From an uncultured Clostridia bacterium (GTDB lineage Bacteria; Bacillota; Sulfobacillia; SLMV01): a DNA stretch of 35,822 bases. Positions 1 to 8,412 of this stretch are shown piece after piece. A program made the position numbers and the translations under genes. The stretch lies in contig CAYLPL010000001.1 in NCBI GenBank assembly GCA_964385545.1, positions 1-35,822 of the forward strand, written 5' to 3'. The notes beneath the pieces are model-generated. The model made no database searches. It saw only the letters and a program-made list of their open reading frames with translations, and was not told the DNA's origin. How positions within the stretch are numbered: position 1 is the stretch's first letter; every line of letters starts with the position of its first letter.

Positions 1-869
1 GCGCCGACGAACTGATCGGCACCCACATCTACCTGGATATCGCCAGTGTCGGAGCGACGATCAACATAATGCTCGCGGCCGTTTTGGCCCGGGGCCCAAC
101 GGTTTTGGAAAACTGCGCCAAAGAACCCCACATTGTTGACGTTGCCAGCTTTTTGAACGCCATGGGAGCGCGGGTCATCGGTGCCGGAACCGACACCAGA
201 AAGATACATGGTGTGCAGGAGTTGAGCCCGGCGCGCCACGCTATCATTCCCGACGAAATAGAAGCCGCCACGTATGCCATAGCCGCGGCGGCCACGCGGG
301 GTGACGTGACACTCACCAACGTCGTACCCAAGCATCTCGACTCGGTCTCCGCGAAGCTGCGGGAGGCCGGGATTATCGTCGAAGAGAACGGGGATTGGGT
401 TCGGATCGTGGCCCCTGAGCGCCCCAAGGCCATAACGGTCAAGACACTTCCTTATCCCGGGTTCCCCACCGACGCCATGCCACCCATGATGGCTCTCCTC
501 ACCCTGGCCAGTGGTACCAGCGTCATAAGCGAAGGAGTCTACGAGTCGCGTTTCAAGCACGTCGACGAACTGCAGCGGATGGGAACGAACATACGCGTGG
601 AGGGACGCTCGGCCGTCATCGAGGGCGTAAAGGAGTTGCACGGTGCTCCGGTGCAGGCGACCAACCTGCGCGCCGGGGCCAGCCTCGTGGTGGCGGGGCT
701 TGCGGCCCAGGGCGAGACCCAGGTGTCCGGGGTCGAGCACGTCGAGCGGGGCTATGAGTACCTGCGGGAGAAGCTTCGTTCGCTCGGTGCCGACATCGAG
801 CACAGCTACTCCGAGTCGGACGATGCTGACGAGGACGAGCCCTGCGTCGTCAACCTGGGACGAGATTGA
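1..869 (+). CDS. murA: UDP-N-acetylglucosamine 1-carboxyvinyltransferase (MurA), 5' end cut by the window edge
   Basis: The frame (codon phase from nt 3) is open from the window edge: ADELIGTHIYLDIASVGATINIMLAAVLARG. It runs into the listed 69..869 ORF. MurA/EPSP-fold motifs are present (PYPGFPTDAMPPMMALLTLA, NLRAGASLVVAGLAAQGET). Stop is TGA 867-869, after an acidic tail (SESDDADEDEP). Confidence 0.9.
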   Translation, partial: ADELIGTHIYLDIASVGATINIMLAAVLARGPTVLENCAKEPHIVDVASFLNAMGARVIGAGTDTRKIHGVQELSPARHAIIPDEIEAATYAIAAAATRGDVTLTNVVPKHLDSVSAKLREAGIIVEENGDWVRIVAPERPKAITVKTLPYPGFPTDAMPPMMALLTLASGTSVISEGVYESRFKHVDELQRMGTNIRVEGRSAVIEGVKELHGAPVQATNLRAGASLVVAGLAAQGETQVSGVEHVERGYEYLREKLRSLGADIEHSYSESDDADEDEPCVVNLGRD

Positions 870-980
870 AACCGACAGAATCCAGGCCCTTAACACCATC
901 TTAAATTCCTCGCGCTATCTTGAGTGTGCGGTCGCGAAAGTACCAAAACATATCCCCGCGCGATCGGAGGAGGATTAGTC

Positions 981-2162
981 TTGGAAGGGCATAACGGGAA
1001 CTACCGCCCGCAGCAAAGAAGCCAGATATCCTACTTCTTCATCGCCCTTATCGGGGCGGTGATTGGTGCGCTGCTGATCGTGGCCCTCATCCCGCAGATG
1101 GTTCCATACATGCAATCCGTGGGCGTGATATCCGACGCCGAAGGGCCCGAGGTTTCACCCGCGAGGGACACCGATGAGGAGACCGACACCGCTTCCTACA
1201 CTCCCGAGGTAGTCACTTCTGAATTCGAAGAGGTAGTCAAGTCCGTCGTGCGCGATTCGGGTCCGGCCGTGGTGTCGGTAATCAACTCCCGCGAGTATCG
1301 CGATGTCTGGGGCCGCACCTTCAACAGGCCCGGTGAAGGCAGCGGCGTGATCATAGATGACAGCGGTTACGTCATCACCAACTATCACGTTGTCGAAGAT
1401 GCCCGGGAGATAGAGGTGGAAACTGGCGACGGCCGGGAGTTGAACGCCGAGATCGTCGGCGAAGATCCACCTACGGACCTGGCCGTCCTCAAGGTGGATG
1501 CCGAGGACCTGCATGCTTTAGATTTCGCCGACTCCGACAATATCGATGTGGGACAGCTCGCCATAGCCATCGGTAATCCCCTCGGTCGCAAATTCGCACG
1601 TTCCGTAACCGTCGGGGTGGTCTCGGGCGTCCGCGCCACCATGTACGGGCAGGCGGCGCAGCAAAGGGTCTTTCAACTGCTGCAGACGGATGCCAGCATC
1701 AATGCCGGCAACAGCGGCGGTGCCCTGCTGGACTCCAACGGTAGAATCATAGGGATTAACACGCTGAAATTCTCCAGCGCGGATGTCGAGGGAATGGGTT
1801 TCGCCATTCCCGCCAATACCGTCTCCCGCATAGCGGATCAGTTAATAGAAAATGGCCGAGTAATCCGCGCTTGGATGGGAGTTACCGTCGCGGAGATCTC
1901 GGAGGTTGAGCAGCGAGAGGATGGGTTGCCCGATTCGGGGGTTTACATCCAGCAGGTATCCCCTGGCAGTCCTGCCGCCGCGGCCGGCCTGCGCGAGGGC
2001 GACGTTGTCCGCCGTATTGACGACGCCGACGTGAACCAGGTGGTGGATATGCTCACTTACCTCGAGGAACAATGCCGACCCTCCCAGGTGGTCCGGGTCG
2101 AGGTCATCCGTGACGGCGAAGAAGTGGTGACCGATGTGAAACTCGTAGAAATGCCACGATGA
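981..2162 (+). CDS. HtrA/DegP-family membrane-anchored serine protease with one PDZ domain
   Basis: There is an N-terminal TM helix (YFFIALIGAVIGALLIVALI). The S1C catalytic contexts NYHVV, DLAVLKV and GNSGGAL are present, plus a C-terminal PDZ (VSPGSPAAAAGLREGDVV). Preferred start is TTG 981, 7 nt after GGAGGAGG; the longest ORF starts at GTG 924. Lying next to rlmH mirrors B. subtilis yyxA(htrC)-yydA. Confidence 0.88.
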   Translation: MEGHNGNYRPQQRSQISYFFIALIGAVIGALLIVALIPQMVPYMQSVGVISDAEGPEVSPARDTDEETDTASYTPEVVTSEFEEVVKSVVRDSGPAVVSVINSREYRDVWGRTFNRPGEGSGVIIDDSGYVITNYHVVEDAREIEVETGDGRELNAEIVGEDPPTDLAVLKVDAEDLHALDFADSDNIDVGQLAIAIGNPLGRKFARSVTVGVVSGVRATMYGQAAQQRVFQLLQTDASINAGNSGGALLDSNGRIIGINTLKFSSADVEGMGFAIPANTVSRIADQLIENGRVIRAWMGVTVAEISEVEQREDGLPDSGVYIQQVSPGSPAAAAGLREGDVVRRIDDADVNQVVDMLTYLEEQCRPSQVVRVEVIRDGEEVVTDVKLVEMPR

Positions 2163-2641
2163 TGCGACACAGTGTACTATTGGTGGGCCGGCTTCGCCGG
2201 CCCTTTTTTCGGGACGCGGTGCAAGAGTATCGACGGCGCATATCCGGATACGCCCGGATCGATTTGGTCGAGGTTCCCGTCTCCGGTGTCACGCGCGACG
2301 AAGGCCAGGATCCTCGGGTGATCGAAGCGGAAGGACGCGCGTTACTGTCCGCCGCGGCATCGCTGAACCGGGGTTATTGGATCGCCCTGGACGAAAGCGG
2401 GAAGATGGCGACGTCCAAAGGGCTAGCCGCCTTCGTGGAGAAGAGGGGGGTCGGGGGAGATTCGCACCTGGTCTGGTTCGTCGGCGGCCCCCTGGGGCTA
2501 TCCGATGAGGTGAAGGAGCGTTGCCCGCTGCAGCTCGCCCTTTCGCGGATGACCTTCCCTCACGAAATGGTGCCCGTAATACTGCTTGAGCAAATCTATC
2601 GGGTGCACACTATATTGCGTGGCGAACCGTATCACCATTGA
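2159..2641 (+). CDS. rlmH: 23S rRNA (pseudouridine1915-N3)-methyltransferase RlmH (SPOUT family)
   Basis: The ORF is 160 aa, the typical RlmH size and layout. The N-terminus VGRLRRPFFRDAVQEYRRRISGYARIDLVEV and the C-terminal LSRMTFPHEMVPVILLEQIYR are characteristic. The ATGA start overlaps the upstream stop, indicating translational coupling. Confidence 0.88.
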   Translation: MMRHSVLLVGRLRRPFFRDAVQEYRRRISGYARIDLVEVPVSGVTRDEGQDPRVIEAEGRALLSAAASLNRGYWIALDESGKMATSKGLAAFVEKRGVGGDSHLVWFVGGPLGLSDEVKERCPLQLALSRMTFPHEMVPVILLEQIYRVHTILRGEPYHH

Positions 2642-2663
2642 TGAGTGGAGGGAGATGTAGGCC

Positions 2664-3437
2664 TTGCATAAACTCCTGGAAGGCAAGAAGGGCCTCGTCC
2701 TGGGGGTGGCCAACGCCAACAGCATCGCCTGGGCCGTGGCACAGAAGGCGGCCGAGGCGGGAGCGGAACTTGCCATAACGTGTCAAAATGAACGATTCGA
2801 GCGCAAGGTGCGGACATTGGTCGAAGATTCCCACATGGAGGCGCATCTATACCGCTGTGACGCGACGGAACCCGAGGATCTGCGCCGGCTTTTCCAATCC
2901 CTCGATTCGGATTTTTGTTCCCTCGATTTTGCGCTTCACGCCTGGGCTTTCGCGCCACCGGCGGCACTGAAGGGGGATTTCGTAGATACTACCTGGGACG
3001 ATTTTGCCACCGCGCACCGCGTTAGCACTCATTCCCTGGTGGAAATCTCCCGGGGTCTTCGGGATCGCATGAATTACGACGGCAGCATACTCGCGCTCAC
3101 GTATCTGGGTGCGGAACGCGTAGCGCCCGGTTACAACGTCATGGGAGTGGCGAAGGCGGCGCTGGAGGCTTCCGTACGCTACCTGGCCAGCGACCTCGGC
3201 TCATCGGGTATCCGCGTCAACGCCATTTCCCCGGGTCCGATAAGTACCCTTTCTGCCCGCGGGGTTCCCGGTTTCACAGAAATGCTCAAAAAGCATCGCG
3301 AGATCGCCCCCCTCGGCCGCAACGTTGAAGCGGACGAGGTTGGCAATGCGGCCGTGTTCTTGTTTTCCGATCTGTCCACGGCGATAACGGGACAGGTGTT
3401 GTACGTGGACGCAGGTTATAGCATTATGGGAGTCTAG
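2664..3437 (+). CDS. fabI: Enoyl-[acyl-carrier-protein] reductase (NADH) FabI
   Basis: LEGKKGLVLGVANANSIAWAVA is the FabI-type nucleotide-binding N-terminus. The catalytic Y-x6-K context is present (YNVMGVAKAALEASVRYLA), as is RVNAISPGPI. TTG start; 257 aa. Confidence 0.92.
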   Translation: MHKLLEGKKGLVLGVANANSIAWAVAQKAAEAGAELAITCQNERFERKVRTLVEDSHMEAHLYRCDATEPEDLRRLFQSLDSDFCSLDFALHAWAFAPPAALKGDFVDTTWDDFATAHRVSTHSLVEISRGLRDRMNYDGSILALTYLGAERVAPGYNVMGVAKAALEASVRYLASDLGSSGIRVNAISPGPISTLSARGVPGFTEMLKKHREIAPLGRNVEADEVGNAAVFLFSDLSTAITGQVLYVDAGYSIMGV

Positions 3438-3464
3438 GCGTCACGCTCGGAGGAGGAAATCTCT

Positions 3465-5084
3465 GTGACCGTTGGTATGGTGCTGTCCTTTTTGGGTGGT
3501 CTCGGGATGCTGCTTTTCGGCATCCGCTTAATGAGTGACGGGTTGCAGGCGGCCGCGGGAGAGCGTCTCAGGGCACTATTGGGAAAACTGACCAACAATC
3601 CGATAATGGGGGTCCTGACGGGTACCATTATCACGGCGGTCATACAATCCTCTAGTGCTACGACCGTTATGGTGGTGGGGCTGGTCAACGCTGGCCTTCT
3701 ATCCCTGCCGCAAGCGATCGGCGTAATAATGGGCGCGAACATAGGTACATCCATCACCGCGCAGCTCATAGCGTTCAACCTCGGCGATTTCAGCCTTCCC
3801 GCCATAGGCATTGGGGCAATGATGTACCTCTTCATAAAGCGGCGGGGAATTCGTAATATGGGACAATCGTTGCTGGGTTTCGGAATACTGTTTTTGGGCC
3901 TGACCATCATGAGCGATACCGTAATACCCCTTCGGGAGCTTCCCGCCTTTCAGCGGGTCATAGTAAGCATGGAGGGACACAACCTCTACGGCATTTTGGC
4001 CGGCGCCGGGATGACCGTGGCCCTTCAGTCCTCCTCCGGAACCATCGGTATACTGCAGGGACTGGCGAATCAGGGTGTCGTGAGCCTCAGCACAGCTTTG
4101 CCAGTGTTGATCGGTGATAACATCGGTACCACTGTCACCGCGATAATAGCCAGTGCGGGCACCTCGATCACGGCGCGTCGGGCGGCGATAAGTCACACGC
4201 TTTTCAACCTGGTAGGAGCCATACTCTTCATTTTCTCCCTTCCGTATTTCGCCGCCATCGTGCAATCGTTATCCTCCGAACCCATGCGACAGTTGGCCCA
4301 CGCCCATACGCTTTTCAACGTCAGCAACGCCCTGATTCAGTTGCCGTTCATCATGGTGCTGGCCAAGGTGGTACGATATCTCGTTCCCGGTGAGGTTACC
4401 GAGATCCGTCACGGCCCCGTATACATCTCCTCCAGTCTCCTGAGTGCACCGGAAGTGGCGCTACAACAGGTCCGCCGCGAGCTTCATCGCATGGCTGACA
4501 TCGCGAAGGAAATCCTCGAGGATGCCATGGGTGCTTTCGCAAAGAATGACCTTCGCCTGGTGGAAGTAGCCCTCGAAAAGGAGCAGGTGGTAAATGAGCT
4601 GGAGAAGGAAATCACGAAGTATCTGGTGCAGCTTTCCCGTTCCAGCCTGAATAGTGCCCAATCCGTGGAGATGAACGCCTTGCTCAACTTCGTCAACGAC
4701 ATCGAGCGAGTCGGAGATCACGCGGAGAACATCGCCGAGCTGGCCGAGGAGAAGATGGAACACGGTCTTCCCTTCTCCGATCAGGCAGACAGCGATGTCG
4801 AGGAAATATACACTGCCGTGGCCGAGGCCCTCGATGGGGCGATGGAATTGCTGGCGGAACCGGAGAACGAAGCGCTGGCGAGGGCCACCGTCGAGGCGGA
4901 GGATCGTATCGACGACCTAGAGGCCCTGCTCCGCGCCCGTCACATTGACCGTTTGAACCGGGGCATGTGCTATCCCGAATCGGGCGTCGTCTTCTTGGAT
5001 TTGCTGTCCAATCTCGAGCGGATAGGAGACCACGCTTCCAGTATCGCCTACATCACCTTGGACCAGTTATCCCTGCGCGAGTGA
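3465..5084 (+). CDS. Na+/phosphate cotransporter family protein with C-terminal PhoU-like repeats
   Basis: The N-terminus GGLGMLLFGIRLMSDGLQAAAGERLRALL and duplicated QSSSAT / QSSSGT segments are typical of Na/Pi-cotransporter II-related proteins. Two C-terminal PhoU-like helices end in ERVGDHAENI and ERIGDHASSI. GTG start lies 9 nt after GGAGGAGG. Confidence 0.88.
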   Translation: MTVGMVLSFLGGLGMLLFGIRLMSDGLQAAAGERLRALLGKLTNNPIMGVLTGTIITAVIQSSSATTVMVVGLVNAGLLSLPQAIGVIMGANIGTSITAQLIAFNLGDFSLPAIGIGAMMYLFIKRRGIRNMGQSLLGFGILFLGLTIMSDTVIPLRELPAFQRVIVSMEGHNLYGILAGAGMTVALQSSSGTIGILQGLANQGVVSLSTALPVLIGDNIGTTVTAIIASAGTSITARRAAISHTLFNLVGAILFIFSLPYFAAIVQSLSSEPMRQLAHAHTLFNVSNALIQLPFIMVLAKVVRYLVPGEVTEIRHGPVYISSSLLSAPEVALQQVRRELHRMADIAKEILEDAMGAFAKNDLRLVEVALEKEQVVNELEKEITKYLVQLSRSSLNSAQSVEMNALLNFVNDIERVGDHAENIAELAEEKMEHGLPFSDQADSDVEEIYTAVAEALDGAMELLAEPENEALARATVEAEDRIDDLEALLRARHIDRLNRGMCYPESGVVFLDLLSNLERIGDHASSIAYITLDQLSLRE

Positions 5085-5111
5085 GGGTGGATCGTGCCCC
5101 TCGCTTTCTTC

Positions 5112-5741
5112 TCACCTACCCTTGAGAAAGGGATTGGTGATGCGTTCTTGGCCTACGGTCGTTTTGGGGCCGTGACCGGGATAGAGTACGGTCTCGTCGG
5201 GTAGAGTGAGTATCTCTTTTTCGATGGTGGCAAAAAGCGCCTCCGTGTCGCCGCCGGGTAGATCGGTTCGTCCAACGGCATTGGCGAATATTGTGTCTCC
5301 AGTGAAAGCGAGCCGCTCACCCTTTAGTATTATGCCCCCGGGGCTGTGTCCGGGTGCGGAAGCGACTCGCAGCTGCAGGTTTCCGCATTCGACGGCAGAA
5401 CCTGCTTTCAGTAGACGATCGGGTTCGGGTAATTTTGCGTCGGGTCCCAACAGCGCCGCGAGGTTGGCCGAGGGATCGTGGTAGAGGTCGAGGTCATCGC
5501 TTCCCAAAAGAAGCGGGGCATCGGTCTCCTCCACCAGGAATCCGGCCCCGCCGAAATGGTCCCAGTGAGCGTGCGTGAGTACGATACCGGTCACCGTCCA
5601 GTCGGCTATCAGCCGTTGTAGGGACGCTTCCGGGGCTCCCGGGTCTATTATCAGTGCTTGGCGAGTATCCCGATCACCGAAGAGATAACAGTTGGTCTCC
5701 AGCGGTCCGAGGGTGATGGATTGCACTATCATTTCCTCCAT
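5112..5741 (-). CDS. MBL-fold metallo-hydrolase (glyoxalase II-like)
   Basis: The HxHxDH motif is present (THAHWDHFGG), with later GHSPGG and HGP metal-ligand contexts. Preferred start is ATG 5741 (MEEMIVQ), preceded by AGGAG. The longest ORF extends to 5816, but that extension looks non-coding. Confidence 0.82.
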   Translation of the reverse strand: MEEMIVQSITLGPLETNCYLFGDRDTRQALIIDPGAPEASLQRLIADWTVTGIVLTHAHWDHFGGAGFLVEETDAPLLLGSDDLDLYHDPSANLAALLGPDAKLPEPDRLLKAGSAVECGNLQLRVASAPGHSPGGIILKGERLAFTGDTIFANAVGRTDLPGGDTEALFATIEKEILTLPDETVLYPGHGPKTTVGQERITNPFLKGR

Positions 5742-5831
5742 GCCATCTCCTTTCGAGCGCGCGTCGGTTACAATTAAGAATACAATGGGACAAGCACGGT
5801 AACAAATGTAGCGCATAGGGGAGGCCGGAAG

Positions 5832-6566
5832 ATGTACGATTTGAGGGTTAGCGTGGCGGAAGTTCGAGGGTTTTGCGATCTGCCCATGAAGGTGGGGGAC
5901 TACTTCGAGGTCTCCGGTGGGAGGATATACTTACCACCGTCCGGCTACATTTGCATGTGGGCTCTGGCAGCGCTCTTGCCGATGTTGCCCGCGAAGCAAA
6001 GGGAGATCAAGGAAGAGAACGACTGGATCCCCACCACGGAACACATGAGTTGCCCGGACCCCAACGGTATGGTCATATACCGCAGCGAGCGTCTACCTGG
6101 TGTAGCACCCCTACGTTTGGACCCCACAAGCGAGCCGCTGCACGCGGCACAAGGATCGACGACGCCCACCCTTCCACCCCGGAGGATGCTCGTCAGGGGT
6201 GAAGATTGTGATGCGTGTGGAGAATGCGTTCGGAAGTGCGCCGAGATCCACGAGGTATCGCGCATTTTCCCCCGTTCACCCGGTGAGGCCCCCGGGATTT
6301 GTCGTCAGTGCGGGAACGCTCCCTGCGTTCGCGCCTGCCCCCGGGGTGCTCTTGTACGCGACCCCGACACCGGAGCGGTCTTGCTTAGGGAGGATCTTTG
6401 CTCGAGCTGTTCCGCCTGTGCAGATGCCTGCCCCTTTGGAGCGATAGGTTGGCACCCGCGTACAGGTCTGCCGGTCATATGTGATCTTTGCGGCGGCGAG
6501 CCCGCATGCGTGTCCGCATGTCCCAACGAGGCTATACGCTTCGGGCGGGCTTTTGAGACGCGGTGA
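5832..6566 (+). CDS. Fusion protein: small Cys-containing N-terminal domain (TIGR04076-like, tentative) plus a 4Fe-4S ferredoxin domain with four Cys clusters
   Basis: The C-terminal half has four Cys motifs: CDACGECVRKC, CRQCGNAPCVRACP, CSSCSACADACP and CDLCGGEPACVSACP (DmsB/HybA-style). The N-terminal ~95 aa (VAEVRGFCDLPMKVGDYFEVSGGRIYLPPSGYICMWALAALLPMLP...MSCPDPNG) resembles the small TIGR04076 family from memory only. ATG lies 7 nt after GGGGAGG. Confidence 0.7.
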   Translation: MYDLRVSVAEVRGFCDLPMKVGDYFEVSGGRIYLPPSGYICMWALAALLPMLPAKQREIKEENDWIPTTEHMSCPDPNGMVIYRSERLPGVAPLRLDPTSEPLHAAQGSTTPTLPPRRMLVRGEDCDACGECVRKCAEIHEVSRIFPRSPGEAPGICRQCGNAPCVRACPRGALVRDPDTGAVLLREDLCSSCSACADACPFGAIGWHPRTGLPVICDLCGGEPACVSACPNEAIRFGRAFETR

Positions 6567-6741
6567 GGGTAGCATTCGTGAGTAAGTGAGACCTCCGGGC
6601 AGATATATTTCGCATAACGTACTTATTCACTCCCAACCCCAAGGGTCCCCGATTACTCTCACAGACCTCGCCTCTTCAGCTTTGGTCTGCCCCCTTATTC
6701 GGGCTATAATTTATGTATCAGGTTATTAGGAGGCGTAGATT

Positions 6742-7080
6742 ATGCTTCTGAGAAGACCTAATGGGCAATTAGGAGCGGGAAACAATACGGTGATCTTCGT
6801 GGTAGTCGCGGCTTTGGTTCTAGGAGGCTTGGGCTACGTGGTGTTCATGGGTGCTGGACACAGCGAGGCTCAAGATAAGGACGAGGCCAACGCTTTGATG
6901 CTCAACGAAGCCACCTCCGAGTGGGCCGACGACACTGACTCGGATTTATCCGAGGTGACCATGGACGATCTGGTTCCCGAGTACATCGACGAAGAACCCG
7001 AAGATCCCTACGATGAGGGCAGAAGCTACGAGCCCAATGACGCCGGAGTCTGGACACCCCTCGGATCCCCGGGAGAATGA
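6742..7080 (+). CDS. Hypothetical small membrane-anchored protein with a strongly acidic C-terminal half
   Basis: ATG lies 7 nt after AGGAGG, and a TATAAT sits about 35 nt upstream (6705-6710). There is one TM helix (VIFVVVAALVLGGLGYVVFMG) followed by a D/E-rich tail. I recognise no family. Confidence 0.5.
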   Translation: MLLRRPNGQLGAGNNTVIFVVVAALVLGGLGYVVFMGAGHSEAQDKDEANALMLNEATSEWADDTDSDLSEVTMDDLVPEYIDEEPEDPYDEGRSYEPNDAGVWTPLGSPGE

Positions 7081-7126
7081 GGATCGCAACGCGGCCATAG
7101 CCTAGAGTACACCGGATATGAAGAAC

Positions 7127-7153
7127 GGGGGAGGGTGTTACTTTGCCCTCCCC
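7127..7153. terminator. GC-rich hairpin between convergent genes (possible bidirectional terminator)
   Basis: GGGGGAGGG (7127-7135) pairs with CCCTCCCC (7146-7153) across a 10-nt loop. It lies between the stop of 6742..7080 (+) and the stop of the GGDEF gene (-). The flanking U/A tracts are weak. Confidence 0.4.
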
Positions 7154-7225
7154 TCGTGCGTTTCCGTCCACCCGGGTGTGATCGCGGAAGCTACGTGACG
7201 CCGGGAATTCGGGATCCTCGCCGAC

Positions 7226-8254
7226 CTAGCCGGTCGACGATGCGCTCGGCCTACGGGCCATCTTTTCCCGGTGCATGATGTGGTCGGCCGTGTGTACAAG
7301 CTCCGGGGCGTTTCGCCCGTGTAGGGGGTATTCGGCGATGCCCATGCTCATTCGGAGAGGAAATTCCACTTTGCCGGTCCAAAACGGCTCCTCTTTCAAT
7401 CGACGGTTGAGCCGCTGTGCCGCACGTCGCGCTTCCCAACCATTTGCTCCCGGCATCAGTAGGACGAATTCGTCGCCACCGTAACGGGCCAGGTCCTCTC
7501 CGCTACGCACGCAGGTGGATAGTGTGTGGGTGAGATGGGACAGATACTGGTCCCCGATGGTATGCCCGAACCTGTCATTGATCTTCTTCAATCCATCCAC
7601 GTCCATGAAGAGAATGGCAAAACGGCCGCCGTAACGTCGTCGTCTGGCAATTTCTTGTTCCATTCGCACCATGAGATAACGACGGTTGAGCAGGCCCGTG
7701 AGGGGGTCCGTCACCGAGGGCTTTTGTGCTGCCTCGCGTAGCCTTTTCTCCATCTCGGCCAGTGCCGCGATTTGCAGGCCCGCCAGTATCACCGTGCCCG
7801 CGCGACCCAGGAATAGAACGGAAGGGTTCGTTATAATGGCGCCCGCCCCAAGAGAGTGCAATGCCGCGAGGCCCGCCACACTGAAGGCGGTGGCAACAAG
7901 TGCCGCCAGGGCTCCATAGTGCAAAGTCACTCCCACCGCGAAAAGAAGCAGTCCCGGCAGCAGGGGACTCGAAGCGCCCCCGGTGTGGGCTATGAAGGTA
8001 AAGGCTATTACGAGGTCCAGGTATTCCATGGGTGTGTGGTATCGCGAGTTCTTGGGCCACCACAATCGAGCCAGGGAGAAAGCGAGGGAGATGACCACGA
8101 CGAGGGTGACGCGCGCGGTATTTATGCCCAAAGGCTGCGCTTGCAGGGCCATGATGGCCGAGGCCAGGACCACAAAGGCCAGCCGTGTGAAGCCCAGGGT
8201 GCGATGGGCGAAAATCCTGCGATATGCCTCGTTCTGGGTGGCCTCCTGCCGCAT
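7226..8254 (-). CDS. Membrane-bound diguanylate cyclase (GGDEF domain)
   Basis: About 170 aa of multi-TM N-terminus is followed by DPLTGLLNRRYL...FILFMDVDGLKKINDRFGHTIGD...ARYGGDEFVLL, an intact GGDEF motif. ATG lies 6 nt after AAGGAGG. Confidence 0.88.
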   Translation of the reverse strand: MRQEATQNEAYRRIFAHRTLGFTRLAFVVLASAIMALQAQPLGINTARVTLVVVISLAFSLARLWWPKNSRYHTPMEYLDLVIAFTFIAHTGGASSPLLPGLLLFAVGVTLHYGALAALVATAFSVAGLAALHSLGAGAIITNPSVLFLGRAGTVILAGLQIAALAEMEKRLREAAQKPSVTDPLTGLLNRRYLMVRMEQEIARRRRYGGRFAILFMDVDGLKKINDRFGHTIGDQYLSHLTHTLSTCVRSGEDLARYGGDEFVLLMPGANGWEARRAAQRLNRRLKEEPFWTGKVEFPLRMSMGIAEYPLHGRNAPELVHTADHIMHREKMARRPSASSTG

Positions 8255-8337
8255 ATCCGGCCTCCTTACCCCAAATCATGGTACGTTGCATTTCTACGTT
8301 TGTCGCGTCTCTCCTTCTTTAGCATTCCTCGCCCGCC

Positions 8338-8366
8338 GTGATAGCATCCGCGACCTCTGGTATAAT
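8338..8366 (+). promoter_or_regulatory. Candidate sigma-A promoter with extended -10, upstream of argS
   Basis: TGGTATAAT (8358-8366) fits the TGnTATAAT extended -10. GTGATA lies 17 nt upstream as a weak -35. Confidence 0.45.
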
Positions 8367-8412
8367 CGGTTATTGAGATCGCCGGTCTCCGGTGGCCGGG
8401 AGAAGGGGTGTC

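Noticed and set aside
3021-3029. TTAGCACTC, the left half of the CIRCE (HrcA) operator.
   Set aside because: It lies inside the fabI coding sequence and no GAGTGCTAA half follows after 9 nt. It is a chance half-site.
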